Below are positions 35,622 to 47,000 of a stretch of DNA of 53,183 nt, piece after piece (within the stretch, counting starts at the first letter, position 1; each line of letters opens with the position of its first letter). The position numbers were made by a program, and so were the translations under genes. The DNA comes from a virus (taxonomy: Duplodnaviria > Caudoviricetes), in IMG/VR virus record IMGVR_UViG_3300020171_000036, positions 1-53,183 of that record; one strand, 5' to 3'. The notes below the pieces were generated by a model. That model saw nothing but the letters and a program-made list of their open reading frames with translations, was not told the DNA's origin and searched no databases.

Positions 35622-37957
35622 TGCTTATAAACTACAGCCACATACAGCCAAGACAACCTAAAAATCTAAAGCCATTGGTGCTGGACAGGTTTAATCTTGG
35701 CTTGAACACTTCTCTTTCTGCGGCAGCTATTCAGCAGAACGAAGCTTCAATGCTGGTTAATTTTAAGTTTCTACCTACTGGGGGAATAGAAACAAGAGAA
35801 GGCTTGACGAGATATACTACAAGTGCTCTCGCTAACGATATTACACACATAGCCTTTTTCCCTTTCGATATGGACCTTAGCAATTTAAGAATATTTACAG
35901 ACACAACTACCGGAAACAGGGACTGGAAAAATGCGGCAGGTAGAGAATGGGTTGTCGAAGTTCCAGCATCAAGTGGTACTGATGAATTAATCGTAACACA
36001 ACCCGATAATATTCTATATTTACTGGATAGCTCAAAGGCTCCAGTAGAAAAAGCTACACTTAAAGGCGATGCAACCATTATTCCCTTTGGTGATAAGGCG
36101 TTAATTTGCGATGGAAGTTATTTAAAATACTGGGATAAAAACACAGATACAGTAAAAATAGCTTATGATGACGGTTCTGGTTCAGACGGTTATCAATATA
36201 ATAACACCGCTTTAACTCCTGACACCGCAATAAAACTTTACAGCGGTGGGAACACCAAAGCCGGCGTTAGTTTTGAAACACAGGACTGGGACAGCGGATA
36301 TACAATAACGATAACGACAGTAGAAATATATGCCCTAAAGTCAGGAAGCCCAACCGGAAATGTGGGATGTGAATTATACCTCGACAGTGATGACTCGTTA
36401 GTGGCTACAGCGACTACCACATATTCAGCGGCAGATATAGGCACAGCATCTGAAAAGCTTACATTTACATTTAATTCAGGTTCTTTATCTCCTCTTACTA
36501 TTTATAATGCTGTTTTAACTTATGCCGGCGGAGATGCTTCAAATTATATCCAGCTCGAGTGTGATACTACAACAGCTTCCGGTGATGCAAAATATTACGA
36601 TGGTGCATGGAAAGAAGATGCTTTAAAATATGCGGTTGTAGGAGTAAAACCAGGTCGGCCACCAAGTGCAAGATATGGTATTGTTCAGGACAACAGGATA
36701 TTCTTAGCAGGCGACCCTTATAATAAAGGTGTAATGTGGTATTCAAACCTGAACACCCCCTTTGACTGGTCAACAACAAATGGTGGCGGATGGATAGGAG
36801 TAATCGACGATAATACAACCAACTATCCTACCGGCGGAATAGTTTCATTTTATGGGGTTATTTATATATTTGGTCAGCAGTCTCAGCCGTATCTATGTAA
36901 ATTAACAGGCAGTTCCCCGACTGACTATGCTATTTCTCCAATATTTCAAAGGGTTTATTCAACACATAAAACAGCAATTAACATAGTAAACGATTTATGG
37001 TTTGGAAATGAAAGCGGAGTCAATGCTCTTTCTGGCGTAGAACAATATGGAGATCTTCGTTCATCTTGTGAGTCAGACCCTGTTGATGACAGGATAAAAA
37101 ACTATTGGACAGATGACGATGCGTTTGCCGGATATTATGGAGCTACCGGGCAGTATTTCTTAAAACAGAAAAACTATGCAAGATGTTTAGTAGCTCATAC
37201 AAAAAGCCCATCTCTTAGTCAAGGACGGGTTAGGTATCCATGGACAGAGTATATTTTTATTAAAGAGGATTTGTCATCAGCTACTTATAAATGGACAGCA
37301 AGTGCAACCTCTAACGAATATTATGTAGAGCTAACTGGCGGTGGCAATCCCTCTCTATCAGAACCATCTTATTTATTATTTCAAGACTCTATCTCGGCGA
37401 ATGGTACAGTTGGGTCTCTTGCAGATCACGGATGGGATTATGGAAACAATGATACCCTTGGATATAACACCATATACATAAGAGATGATTCAGGTGACCC
37501 TGATACAACAGAAGTTAGAATACAGACCATAATAGAGGCGACAGCCTTTGCCAATTACAGAAACGATTTTTTCATAGCTTGTGATGATGGGTATATTTAC
37601 ACTCTCGACACGACAGTCGAGCAGGACAACTCAGTTGACGTTCCGTATGTTCTGGGCGGAAAGATGTTTGAAAGTCCGTATAATGAAGTATGCCTTGAAA
37701 GATATGATGTTTCATGCGGAACAGAGGCAACAGGGGCAACCCTTGATTTTGAGGTATATGATTCTGATTTGGACATTGATACACTACACTCAGCATCCAC
37801 AAATGCAAGTTTTTCAATTACTGTAAATTCTGACTTTAACAGGAATTTAAACGCAAACTATAAGAAGTTTTTACCCATTATAAGAAATTTCAGCTTAGAC
37901 GGAGAACCATTAAGAATTAATAATATTTCATTGATTATGCGTTCATTAAATATGTAA
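35612..37957 (+). CDS. tail nozzle / stabilisation protein
   Basis: 781 aa; F..GLN..., NRIFLAGD...WYS...PFDW beta-propeller motifs. Confidence 0.7.
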   Translation: MHLVLINYSHIQPRQPKNLKPLVLDRFNLGLNTSLSAAAIQQNEASMLVNFKFLPTGGIETREGLTRYTTSALANDITHIAFFPFDMDLSNLRIFTDTTTGNRDWKNAAGREWVVEVPASSGTDELIVTQPDNILYLLDSSKAPVEKATLKGDATIIPFGDKALICDGSYLKYWDKNTDTVKIAYDDGSGSDGYQYNNTALTPDTAIKLYSGGNTKAGVSFETQDWDSGYTITITTVEIYALKSGSPTGNVGCELYLDSDDSLVATATTTYSAADIGTASEKLTFTFNSGSLSPLTIYNAVLTYAGGDASNYIQLECDTTTASGDAKYYDGAWKEDALKYAVVGVKPGRPPSARYGIVQDNRIFLAGDPYNKGVMWYSNLNTPFDWSTTNGGGWIGVIDDNTTNYPTGGIVSFYGVIYIFGQQSQPYLCKLTGSSPTDYAISPIFQRVYSTHKTAINIVNDLWFGNESGVNALSGVEQYGDLRSSCESDPVDDRIKNYWTDDDAFAGYYGATGQYFLKQKNYARCLVAHTKSPSLSQGRVRYPWTEYIFIKEDLSSATYKWTASATSNEYYVELTGGGNPSLSEPSYLLFQDSISANGTVGSLADHGWDYGNNDTLGYNTIYIRDDSGDPDTTEVRIQTIIEATAFANYRNDFFIACDDGYIYTLDTTVEQDNSVDVPYVLGGKMFESPYNEVCLERYDVSCGTEATGATLDFEVYDSDLDIDTLHSASTNASFSITVNSDFNRNLNANYKKFLPIIRNFSLDGEPLRINNISLIMRSLNM

Positions 37958-37969
37958 AATGAGGTAGTT

Positions 37970-39118
37970 ATGGCTCTTAAAAATTATAGTTCGACTTCAC
38001 TAACAGGTGGCGGAAGTGGTGCGTTAGATTCCATAGACGGTACAAATTTAACCGATCTTGACTCAGCGTTGGTTTTTACTGCCGATACTTTTTATTTCTA
38101 TATCCTTGATGATGACTCTGCTGCGGCTGAAAGCTCACCGGATGTAATAGCCATGGATGCTAACGGAGGAAATAAAAGGTGGATTTTAATATTCAGCATG
38201 GGCACTTCAGGCACAATTACATTAAGCAATACAGGACTTCATCTCTTAGACACAGGCGGAAACCATGACCTTATTATAAAGCCAGGCTCAGACGTAACTG
38301 CCGACAGGACATTGACCCTTACTACGGGTGATTCCGACAGGACAATTACCTTATCTGGCAATCCAACTTTAGCAGACTGGTTCGACCAAGCAGTGAAAGC
38401 AGCAAGTTCTCCGACATTTGCCAATGCGACCATAACGACTATACTCACGCTGGCTAATTCAGGTCTCCATGTTCTCGATACCAATGCTTCCCACGACCTT
38501 ATTATAACCCCTGGCAGCGATTTAACCGCAGACAGAATACTCACAATCACCACAGGTGATGCAGCAAGAACCATTGCCTTGAGTGGCGATACTACCCTCG
38601 CAGACTGGTTCGACCAAGCAGTGAAGGCGGCTTCATCTCCTACTTTTGCAGGATTGTCTTTAACCGCAGACCTCGCAGTAACCGAGGGCGGAACTGGGGC
38701 TTCGGATGCCGCTGGCGCTAAGACAAATCTTGGATTTATGACAGATGTTTCAGATGACACAACCCCTCAACTTGGTGGCGAACTCGACTGTCAGGCGCAT
38801 TCAGTAGGGTTCACATTACAAACAGCCACAGGAGATGGTACAACTACTATTGATTGGCGATTAGGGAATAAATTCAAATTCACATTCGGAGCTGCTAACG
38901 AAACCTTTACTTTCACAGCTCCCACTAAGCCATGCAACTTAATGCTCATACTAATCCAAGATGGAGTTGGGTCAAGAACAGCGACATGGCCAGGAACAGT
39001 CAAATGGGCTGAAAGAACAGCTCCGACATTAACTACAACAGGAGCTTATATTGATATTGTTTCTTTTTTTTGGGACGGGGCAAATTTTTATGGGCAGGCT
39101 GGCCTGAATTTTGGCTAA
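37970..39118 (+). CDS. tail fibre protein
   Basis: LTGGGSGALDSID N-terminus, duplicated ~77-aa module, EGGTGA and DTTPQLGG motifs, C-terminal QDG.GSRT.TWP..VKW domain. Confidence 0.8.
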   Translation: MALKNYSSTSLTGGGSGALDSIDGTNLTDLDSALVFTADTFYFYILDDDSAAAESSPDVIAMDANGGNKRWILIFSMGTSGTITLSNTGLHLLDTGGNHDLIIKPGSDVTADRTLTLTTGDSDRTITLSGNPTLADWFDQAVKAASSPTFANATITTILTLANSGLHVLDTNASHDLIITPGSDLTADRILTITTGDAARTIALSGDTTLADWFDQAVKAASSPTFAGLSLTADLAVTEGGTGASDAAGAKTNLGFMTDVSDDTTPQLGGELDCQAHSVGFTLQTATGDGTTTIDWRLGNKFKFTFGAANETFTFTAPTKPCNLMLILIQDGVGSRTATWPGTVKWAERTAPTLTTTGAYIDIVSFFWDGANFYGQAGLNFG

Positions 39119-39127
39119 GGAGAAAAA

Positions 39128-40069
39128 ATGCCTAAAACAGAACTCGATTACATGGAAAACTATAGTTCAGATGCTTTAGCGCAGGCGGCTTATGTCAGTG
39201 ATGGCGCTTATTCTGCCGACAAAATTCCAGATATGACATCTAATATTGCTCCGGCTGGAGTTGCAAGTGGTAGTGTGGAATATATTCCAGCATGGTTGGC
39301 CATGAACGATTCTGTTTTAGGCTGGGATGATTGGTGGAACACTTATAATCAACCACCTCCTCAGTGGTTAAAATATCAATTCGCTTCAGGAAAAATCATA
39401 CAAAGATATACTATAACAGCAAGAGATGGTGGTGGCTATGGTACACACCACCCGACTGCATGGACATTGCAGGGGAGCAATAATAATAGCGACTGGACAA
39501 CTTTAGATACACAGACAGGGCAATCTTTTACAAATGCAGAGAAAAAGACATATAGTTTTACTAATTTTACCTCTTATGTTTATTATAGAATATACATTAC
39601 AGCAAGCGCAGTCTATTATGTAGGAATAGGAGAGTGGGAATTAATAGAAAGAGCGCTTCAATGTGGTTCTGAAGCTACTATTAAAACTCAAGGCACTTAC
39701 GCATTAAAAGCATTTGCTGATACAAATGCTATTAATGACACTCTCACCAGAACGGTTTCACCAACAATAAACTTGTCTGGTATAACTCGAATTAAATTTG
39801 ATATTAGGTCATCAAGAACTGGAAGCAATATTAAAATAGGTTTTCATGATTCAGGCGGTACGACTACTGAGCATACGGCAAATATAGCTTCGGCTAATGT
39901 TTTTCAAACAGAAACTATAAGCATGTCTCCCGTAGCCGATGCCAACAAAGATGCAATAGATAGCATTATAATAACAATCGTAAACGCTGATGCAACAAAC
40001 ACGTTTTATATAGACAATATATATGCGGAGGCTGTTTCCGGTGTAATTTTTTTTGGATGCAATTTCTAA
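39128..40069 (+). CDS. receptor-binding protein with discoidin (F5/8-like) domain
   Basis: PQWLKYQF...PTAWTLQGSNNNSDWTTLDT...YYRIYIT. Confidence 0.75.
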   Translation: MPKTELDYMENYSSDALAQAAYVSDGAYSADKIPDMTSNIAPAGVASGSVEYIPAWLAMNDSVLGWDDWWNTYNQPPPQWLKYQFASGKIIQRYTITARDGGGYGTHHPTAWTLQGSNNNSDWTTLDTQTGQSFTNAEKKTYSFTNFTSYVYYRIYITASAVYYVGIGEWELIERALQCGSEATIKTQGTYALKAFADTNAINDTLTRTVSPTINLSGITRIKFDIRSSRTGSNIKIGFHDSGGTTTEHTANIASANVFQTETISMSPVADANKDAIDSIIITIVNADATNTFYIDNIYAEAVSGVIFFGCNF

Positions 40070-40089
40070 TCTAAAAATGGAGAAAAATC

Positions 40090-40566
40090 ATGGCTGATAA
40101 CATTCCAATCGGATTTTGCCAATGTGGTTGTGGGAGAAAGACTAATCTTGCCACTAAAACGTGTGCTAAGTTTGATCGCAAAAAAGGCGAGCCAGTTAGA
40201 TTTATTTGGGGGCATCACAGGCGAAATAAAAAACATACTAAGGAATCAATTTTAAAAATGACTGGCGAGAATCATCATATGTGGAACGGTGGACAGAAAA
40301 AGCATAATGGTGGATATGTTTTAATTTACAATCCATTACATCCGACCGCAAAAAAATATCCTTATGTTTTAGAACATGTCTTGATTGCCGAGAAAGTTCT
40401 TGGAAAATATATACCACCAAAAGCTATCGTTCATCATATAAATGAAGACAAAAAAGATAATATACCATGTAATTTGGTAATTTGTGAGGATAGAGCTTAT
40501 CATAATTTTATACATATGAGGATGAGAAAAATGAAGAAAGAAATGGAGGCCAAGCATGGCAGATGA
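40090..40566 (+). CDS. HNH homing endonuclease
   Basis: CQCGCG, EHVLIAEKVLGK...VHHINEDKKDN...NL. Confidence 0.88.
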   Translation: MADNIPIGFCQCGCGRKTNLATKTCAKFDRKKGEPVRFIWGHHRRNKKHTKESILKMTGENHHMWNGGQKKHNGGYVLIYNPLHPTAKKYPYVLEHVLIAEKVLGKYIPPKAIVHHINEDKKDNIPCNLVICEDRAYHNFIHMRMRKMKKEMEAKHGR

Positions 40567-41092
40567 CTCAATATTTACGTTTCCACTCGACAAATTTCCC
40601 AAGTCATATTCAGGCCCCACGCCAGAGTATCAGGGTATGCTTACAGGCTTATTGCCTCAGATGCAGCAGGCATTCCAGCAGTTCCCCGGGCAACAGGAAC
40701 AGTTTTATAATCAAGCAAGAACTGGCATCGAGCAGGGGTATGGTGGAGCTATTGCTGATGTTGGAAAGACTTATCAGAATCAGCTACAGCCAGCCTTACA
40801 ACAGACCATGAACGAACTTGCAAAGCGTGGCATGTTAAGTTCTAAAATTACCGGCGATACTATGGCTGGAACTGCACGAGGAATAGGGCAGGATATTATA
40901 GGGCAGCAATCCCAACTGCAACTTGCAAAACAATTAGCACTTGCTCAATTAGCAGGCCAGCAGGGGCAAGCTGCATATCAATATCCTCAGTTGCTTTCTA
41001 ACTTATTGTCTCAGGGGCAGATTTCGACAAGCACTAACGAACTTGCGCCATATCAGGCAGCTCTTGGCTTTTTACAGTCGCTTATGGCTTAG
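40556..41092 (+). CDS. putative ejection/internal virion protein
   Basis: Q-rich helical protein with KRGMLSS motif. Confidence 0.6.
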   Translation: MADDSIFTFPLDKFPKSYSGPTPEYQGMLTGLLPQMQQAFQQFPGQQEQFYNQARTGIEQGYGGAIADVGKTYQNQLQPALQQTMNELAKRGMLSSKITGDTMAGTARGIGQDIIGQQSQLQLAKQLALAQLAGQQGQAAYQYPQLLSNLLSQGQISTSTNELAPYQAALGFLQSLMA

Positions 41093-41100
41093 GTGAATAA

Positions 41101-41610
41101 ATGACACAAATTGTTGAGGTTTCACACGAAGTAGATTCACTATCTATCCGTGAGAAAATTCTTACCATCGAAGATAAGATGCGAGAGCATCCTGATGCCA
41201 TGATTGGGGATTGCTGTCCGCTTAAACATACCTTTGTTGATGGGGCCTATGTGCGTGAAATAACTATGCCAAAGGGGATGCTGCTTACAAGCAAAATCCA
41301 TAAAATTTGTCATCCATATTTTGTCTTAAAGGGTGATGTTTCAGTATTGACAGAAGAAGGAGTCAAGAGAATTAAAGCTCCTTATTCGGGGATTACTCAG
41401 CCAGGGACTAAACGAGTTCTTTATATGCACGAAGAAACAGTATGGACAACGGTGCATGTAACAAAAGAAACAGATTTAGAGAAAATAGAGAAAGAAATCA
41501 TTGCTGAAATCTATGATGAAGTTCCAGATTTTAACGGAAAAAAGCTCGGAGATATTGAAATATTAGATTTTATTAAAGAGATAGCGGAGGAAAAGATATG
41601 TCTTGGATAG
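41101..41610 (+). CDS. cupin-like protein
   Basis: HTFVDGAYVREI.MPKG...SKIH...H, PGTKR...HEETVWTTVH. Confidence 0.7.
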   Translation: MTQIVEVSHEVDSLSIREKILTIEDKMREHPDAMIGDCCPLKHTFVDGAYVREITMPKGMLLTSKIHKICHPYFVLKGDVSVLTEEGVKRIKAPYSGITQPGTKRVLYMHEETVWTTVHVTKETDLEKIEKEIIAEIYDEVPDFNGKKLGDIEILDFIKEIAEEKICLG

Positions 41611-42710
41611 CAGTAGCAATAGGTGGGGCAGCGGTGGTTGGAGCAGGCACAGCGGTATATTTAGACTCTACAAGCGGCGGCGGCGGCGGAGATGGAGGGT
41701 ATAGTGGTACTCAAACGGTACGCTCAAGTTCTACTGCTATGCCTCGTGCTCCAGAATACGACCAGATATTTGGCGAATTTATGGATAAGTATTTTGGGAA
41801 GCAGGTAAATACTGAAATAAGAAATAGTATTAATTCTCAGCTTGAAAACGCAAGGCAAGAATTAGCTTCTTATGAAGAAGCCGTTAAATATCCTGACAGC
41901 CAAACCGCAAGTAATTATTCTCACATTGCGGCACTTAAAAAAGGAGTAGCGCAACTTGAAGCTCAATATGAGGCGGTCAGCGTAGGTGAAGCACCATATA
42001 AAACAGAGCTCGATATCCTACTAAAAGAGCAAGATGCTGCCAAAAAAGCCTATTTAGAACAACTCACAGGTCTAAAAGAACCTTTATTATCCACCGTCGA
42101 AGCCGCTATGGGTGAACACGCAGGAACTTTAGACGAAATAATAAATAAACAAATGGCAGGTGAGGCAGTCGGCCCCTATGGAGCAGATATTGATAAATTA
42201 TTAGCTGAACGAACAGGGGTAAGTTTTGGTGGTGCTACTCCTATGCAGTTTATTACCGGCTCACAACAAAGGCTTCTTAGCGATTTGATGGGTGCTCAAG
42301 AAACAGGACTTAGTAATATTGCTCTTACATCATTAGGCAGATCAGAGGCAGAAAAAGAACCATCGGCGCTCAGATATGGCATGGAAAGAGAATTGGCTGA
42401 TCTTGGACTTGCCGCATTTACACCAAGTAATGTTACTGAACTCGCTTACCTGCAAGACCTTAGAGGCATGTGGGAGCCTATGGAATTTGCAAGATATACA
42501 GCGCAGCCAAGCACATCTACTACTACCACAGGACTTCCTACGGCACAACAGCCAAGTTATTTAGACCAATTACAACAAGTAATGAATATGGGGCAGGGTG
42601 TTGGGAATTGGGCGAGTCTGCTTAAAAGTTTTACTCCAACATCAACACCATATAGTGCGCCATCTGTACCAACAAGTACGTTTCCAACAAGTTTTAGCAT
42701 AGGAGGATAA
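41598..42710 (+). CDS. putative DNA ejection/pilot protein
   Basis: MSWIAVAIGGAAVVGAG hydrophobic N-terminus typical of ejection proteins. Confidence 0.6.
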   Translation: MSWIAVAIGGAAVVGAGTAVYLDSTSGGGGGDGGYSGTQTVRSSSTAMPRAPEYDQIFGEFMDKYFGKQVNTEIRNSINSQLENARQELASYEEAVKYPDSQTASNYSHIAALKKGVAQLEAQYEAVSVGEAPYKTELDILLKEQDAAKKAYLEQLTGLKEPLLSTVEAAMGEHAGTLDEIINKQMAGEAVGPYGADIDKLLAERTGVSFGGATPMQFITGSQQRLLSDLMGAQETGLSNIALTSLGRSEAEKEPSALRYGMERELADLGLAAFTPSNVTELAYLQDLRGMWEPMEFARYTAQPSTSTTTTGLPTAQQPSYLDQLQQVMNMGQGVGNWASLLKSFTPTSTPYSAPSVPTSTFPTSFSIGG

Positions 42711-42711
42711 A

Positions 42712-44088
42712 ATGCAAAGTCTGCTTAATACCATGATTGACCCTTCACTGCTTACATCAAATTATCCAAATCGTGAAGCATTGTTATCTCAAGCTATGTC
42801 TCGACAACCCCAGAGAACACAGATACCTTCACCTGTTACAACACCACCACCACAACAGCCAATGATGCAGTCAACAGCTTCTGATACAGGCTTGCAGAGT
42901 TTAATAAAAAATCAGGAAACAAAAGATGCTCAAGTAAAAATTCAGGCAGCCCTTAAAGAAATAGTTGATACAAGGGAAAAGTCAGGCAAGAAATTCCTAA
43001 CCCCCACACAAAGACTTGGGATATTTACAAAACATGGCCTTCCGAGTTTTGCCGCTAAGATGATAAACGATGCCATAACTGACCAGCAAAAAGAGTTAGA
43101 ACCAAAATATCATACAGTAACTCGACCTACGCCTGAGGGCGGAAAAATAACCGGCCTTGAAACAGAAGAAGAATTAAGAAAAAGCCCCATTGAGGAAAAA
43201 CCTGACTGGAAAACAAGAGAACTTGGCAAGCTACAGAGAAGGGAAACAACGGAAAAAGATTACACAGATACACAATTAGCCCTGCTTGGACTTAAAAAAG
43301 ATATTCCTAAAACAATGAAGTTTGAATACTACGATAAGGCAGGTAAAAAGAAAGTAAGGCTAATTTCAGAAGATAGAATGAACGAGTTTGCTTTACAAGT
43401 AGAACAGGCTGGTGGTTCTTTGGAAAAGCCAGAAAAAGAATTTGCGACCCTTAATAAAGACAGGCTTGAATGGACTGAAAAGGTAATGAAAGACTGGCGT
43501 GAACATAATCTTGATTTTACACCCGAACAGGAAAAAACACAATATGACACATTTAATGCTCAATACACAGGAGCTATTAAAGGATGGACACCACTTAGAA
43601 ATAAAAAAACGGGCGAGTTTATCTTTAGAAATCAAGAAGACAGGCTTGTAGATGAGAGAGGAAATGAAATAAAACAAGAGATTACTACACCTGCTTCTCA
43701 ACCAGGAGCCGAAGTAACCCCAAAACCTAAAGCAGTTTCAAAGCCCAGGGCAGTTTCAGAGCCTAAAGAAGTTCCTACTCTTACGAAAGAAGAATTGTCT
43801 AATATCTTAAACAAACCAAAAACATATCAAACTGGATTTTATAAACCAGAGAGTTTTGCTCCAGGAGGAACACCTTCATTTAAAGAACAGCTTCAATCTT
43901 GGGCAGGTAAAACTACTCCGAAAGGATTTTCTAAGTTTGGAGAAGGCAGTCTTGAAACTGCTATTCGACAGGCTGGATTAGGGAAAAATTTAGCGCAAGT
44001 AAAAGATATGGCTGATAATCTTAGAAGAAAATATCCTGAGTTTACAGATGATAACCTTATTAAACTAATACAGAAAACAAATGCCTGA
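42712..44088 (+). CDS. putative ejection/internal virion protein
   Basis: 458 aa, Q/P-rich N-terminus, position before giant gene. Confidence 0.6.
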   Translation: MQSLLNTMIDPSLLTSNYPNREALLSQAMSRQPQRTQIPSPVTTPPPQQPMMQSTASDTGLQSLIKNQETKDAQVKIQAALKEIVDTREKSGKKFLTPTQRLGIFTKHGLPSFAAKMINDAITDQQKELEPKYHTVTRPTPEGGKITGLETEEELRKSPIEEKPDWKTRELGKLQRRETTEKDYTDTQLALLGLKKDIPKTMKFEYYDKAGKKKVRLISEDRMNEFALQVEQAGGSLEKPEKEFATLNKDRLEWTEKVMKDWREHNLDFTPEQEKTQYDTFNAQYTGAIKGWTPLRNKKTGEFIFRNQEDRLVDERGNEIKQEITTPASQPGAEVTPKPKAVSKPRAVSEPKEVPTLTKEELSNILNKPKTYQTGFYKPESFAPGGTPSFKEQLQSWAGKTTPKGFSKFGEGSLETAIRQAGLGKNLAQVKDMADNLRRKYPEFTDDNLIKLIQKTNA

Positions 44089-47000
44089 GCTATTAAAATA
44101 TAGCCCTGATGAATGGGAAGAAGTTCCGTTAGGTGTATTAAGCGTACCTACCGGATTACCTGTTGGATTTGACCCGAACGAATGGGAAGAATTACCAATG
44201 GGTGCATCTATTCAACCACCTGCTGAAAAAGAAGAACCTGGTATGCTTGGAACTATCGGTCGTGGGTTAACGCATGGCATAATAGGGCTGGGCGAATCTA
44301 TTGGAGCAGGAACGCAATGGCTTGGAGAACGAATAGGAAGCGAAACTGTTGCAAAAGCAGGTGAAATAGCAAGTAATTATTATGAGAAGGTAGCAGAGCC
44401 TTTTGGCCCGCCAGAATCAATCGCAGGGAAAAACGTAATCGACGACCCAGGTCTTTTAGCGGATGCTACCTACTGGTTATACAATGTCCCCGAAATGCTT
44501 CCAGCCTTCGGAGCCGCAATAGCATCTTCTCTTTTTATGCCAGAAATAACTGTAGCTAAAAACGCCCCGAAAATAATATCGTCTTTGGCAAAATTAAGTA
44601 AATATTTTCCAGCCTTTGTAACGGGTGGTGGCCTTGAAGCAGCGCAAACATATAAGCAAACCTTAAAATCTGGAGCATCTGAGGAATCAGCAGCAAGGTC
44701 TGCCGAATTAATGTTTTTAGGAGCAGGTGTTCTTAATGCGATTGGTACAGGAAAAATACTTGAAGCTGCAGGAGCAGGCTTTAAGGGTCGGGTATTAAAA
44801 ACACTTGGCGCTGGTGTATGGGAAGGAATAACAGAAGGGTTAGAAGAACCCACAGAAGTTTTCTCAAAGTATATAGGTAAATATTTAGCTGGCGAAAAAC
44901 TGCCGAATGACCTTAAAGCTCAACTTCTTGAATCATTAAAGTCTGCTGCAACAGTAGCCCCAATAGCAGCCGTAACTGGCTTTGGCGGTAGCACTTTAGG
45001 TGGAACAAGGGTAGGCAAGCCAACCATAGACGAAGTAGATACTTTTAAAAAGGCAGTTGACTCTGGAGAATTTGAAAAAGGCATAACTGGTGGCGACATA
45101 ACTCCAGAAATAGTAGAAGACATAGCCACCAATATTGAAAAAACAGACGCTGAACTTGCCGATAAGGTAAGGAGCTTTTTAACAAAACCCGAAACTCCAG
45201 AAGGTTACGAAGAAATTGCGCCAATAGAAAGTGTGTCTCCAGAATTTCAAGAAATGCGACGTGCTAAAAAAGAAGAAGCAGACAAATCATTTGAAGAACT
45301 GCAAAGAAGAATCAATGTTTTAAACCTTAAAAAAGGTCGAGCACTTACCGATGAAGAACTTTTACAGGAAAGAGTTGCCGTATTAGCAGAAAAAGAACCA
45401 TCAAGAATCGAACAGGCCGTTGATGCTTTTGAAGAACTGCCTATGACAGAAGGCATGAAACGTGAAGTATTAATGCGTAAATTCCAGCCTTCACCTAAAG
45501 AAGTTTCTGCCGGTAAAGAACAAATCCTTGCTAAAGTCCAAGAAGTCAAAGACCAGAAGCTACAAGCCAGAACCATAACCGAAGGCATATTTGGAACAAA
45601 AGAAGGACAGGCATTTAAGAATAAAGGTTCAGCTTCTCTGAATAAAGTTCGCATGGAAAAAGACCATGGTGTTGAATTTGAGCCGGTTGAGGTTGAAGGC
45701 GGCTGGGGATTACAGAGAAAAGAAGTTGCCCCTGAGAAAGCGGAAGCGGTGAAAGAACCTAATCTTAATCAGCCAATATCTGCGAATAAAGGAAATATTC
45801 GTGCATGGTTTAAAGAGCCAAAAAATTGGGAGAATAAAGAACGATTAACATATAAAGAAGTTGTTGAACAAATCGCAAAAGATAAAAGCATAGAAATTAG
45901 GAAAACAGAAAAAGCTATTGATCCGTCAAGGCCACTTGGAGATATTGAAACAAAATATTCCATATATGTTGATGGTAAATATGCAAGGGATTTGCCTGAG
46001 TTTGCATATAAATATTATGAGAAGGTTGCAAAGCCACAGCCCACAGCAATCCCCGCAGAGGCGAAGCCAGAGGCCGCAGGATTGACGATTGAGGGTAAGG
46101 CAATACCAGAGGCTAAGGCTAAAGCATGGAAAATTGAATTTGATAAGACATATAAGAAATCTGAGTTCACAGAAGCTGAAAGGTGGGATGAATTTAAGGC
46201 ATTTTCCCAAAAAAGCTATGCAGATGATTTCCCAATTTCTGAACATTTTGAAATGTGGATGAAAAAGCCTGCCCCAAAAGAAGCAAAAGCCGAAGTTGCC
46301 GAAAAAACAGAAGGTAAAGTTGAAATCGAAACCACACCTGAAGGCAAAGAAGTAACAGTTGACCTTACCAAAAAAGAAGAGACTGCTTTAACCCCGAAAC
46401 AGCAGAAAGAATATTTGCTGGCTGAGATTGATAAGGCTATTGAGAGTGGATTAAAAGAAGCTGGTTTTGATAATACGATGGAGGTAGCAAAAGAGTTATT
46501 AAAAAAGAATATTAATGCTTTGCACGGTGTTGAAACTGTTTATATATTTGAAGTCCCCAATGACGGAACATTTGAGATAGTTGGTAGCCAATTATTTGAA
46601 TTTCAGAAACAAGTTACAAAAACATTTCCATCAACAATCATAAGTCCAAAGTTCAAACCATCTGCACCTCCAAAAAAAGCTGTTCCCGCAGCTAAATATA
46701 AAAATATAATAGACAGAGCGTATGGGGTAACTTCTGAAAAGTTAAAACCAGAGAATATAGATGGTTTATTTGAATCGGTAGCAGATACAGAAGTCAGGGG
46801 CACAGACAGGGCAATACATTTAAACGCTTTTCAAAACTGGTTACTTTCTCAAGATATAACTCAATCGGTTAGAGATAGAATTAGGTCTGTAGCTGGAAAA
46901 GATTATATAGAGGAAGCCCGTGTAAAGATAGAGACTCAAGATTTGGGTTACGCAATGTCTATGGTTGAACATAGAAGAGAAGCGGCATATGAGCTTCAAG

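Noticed and set aside
38215-38650. Duplicated segment in the tail fibre as a DGR template/variable repeat
   Set aside because: Both copies are in-frame protein repeats, differences are not adenine-specific, and no reverse transcriptase is present.
38239-38760. 173-aa minus-strand ORF within the tail fibre
   Set aside because: Antisense shadow of a biased coding sequence.
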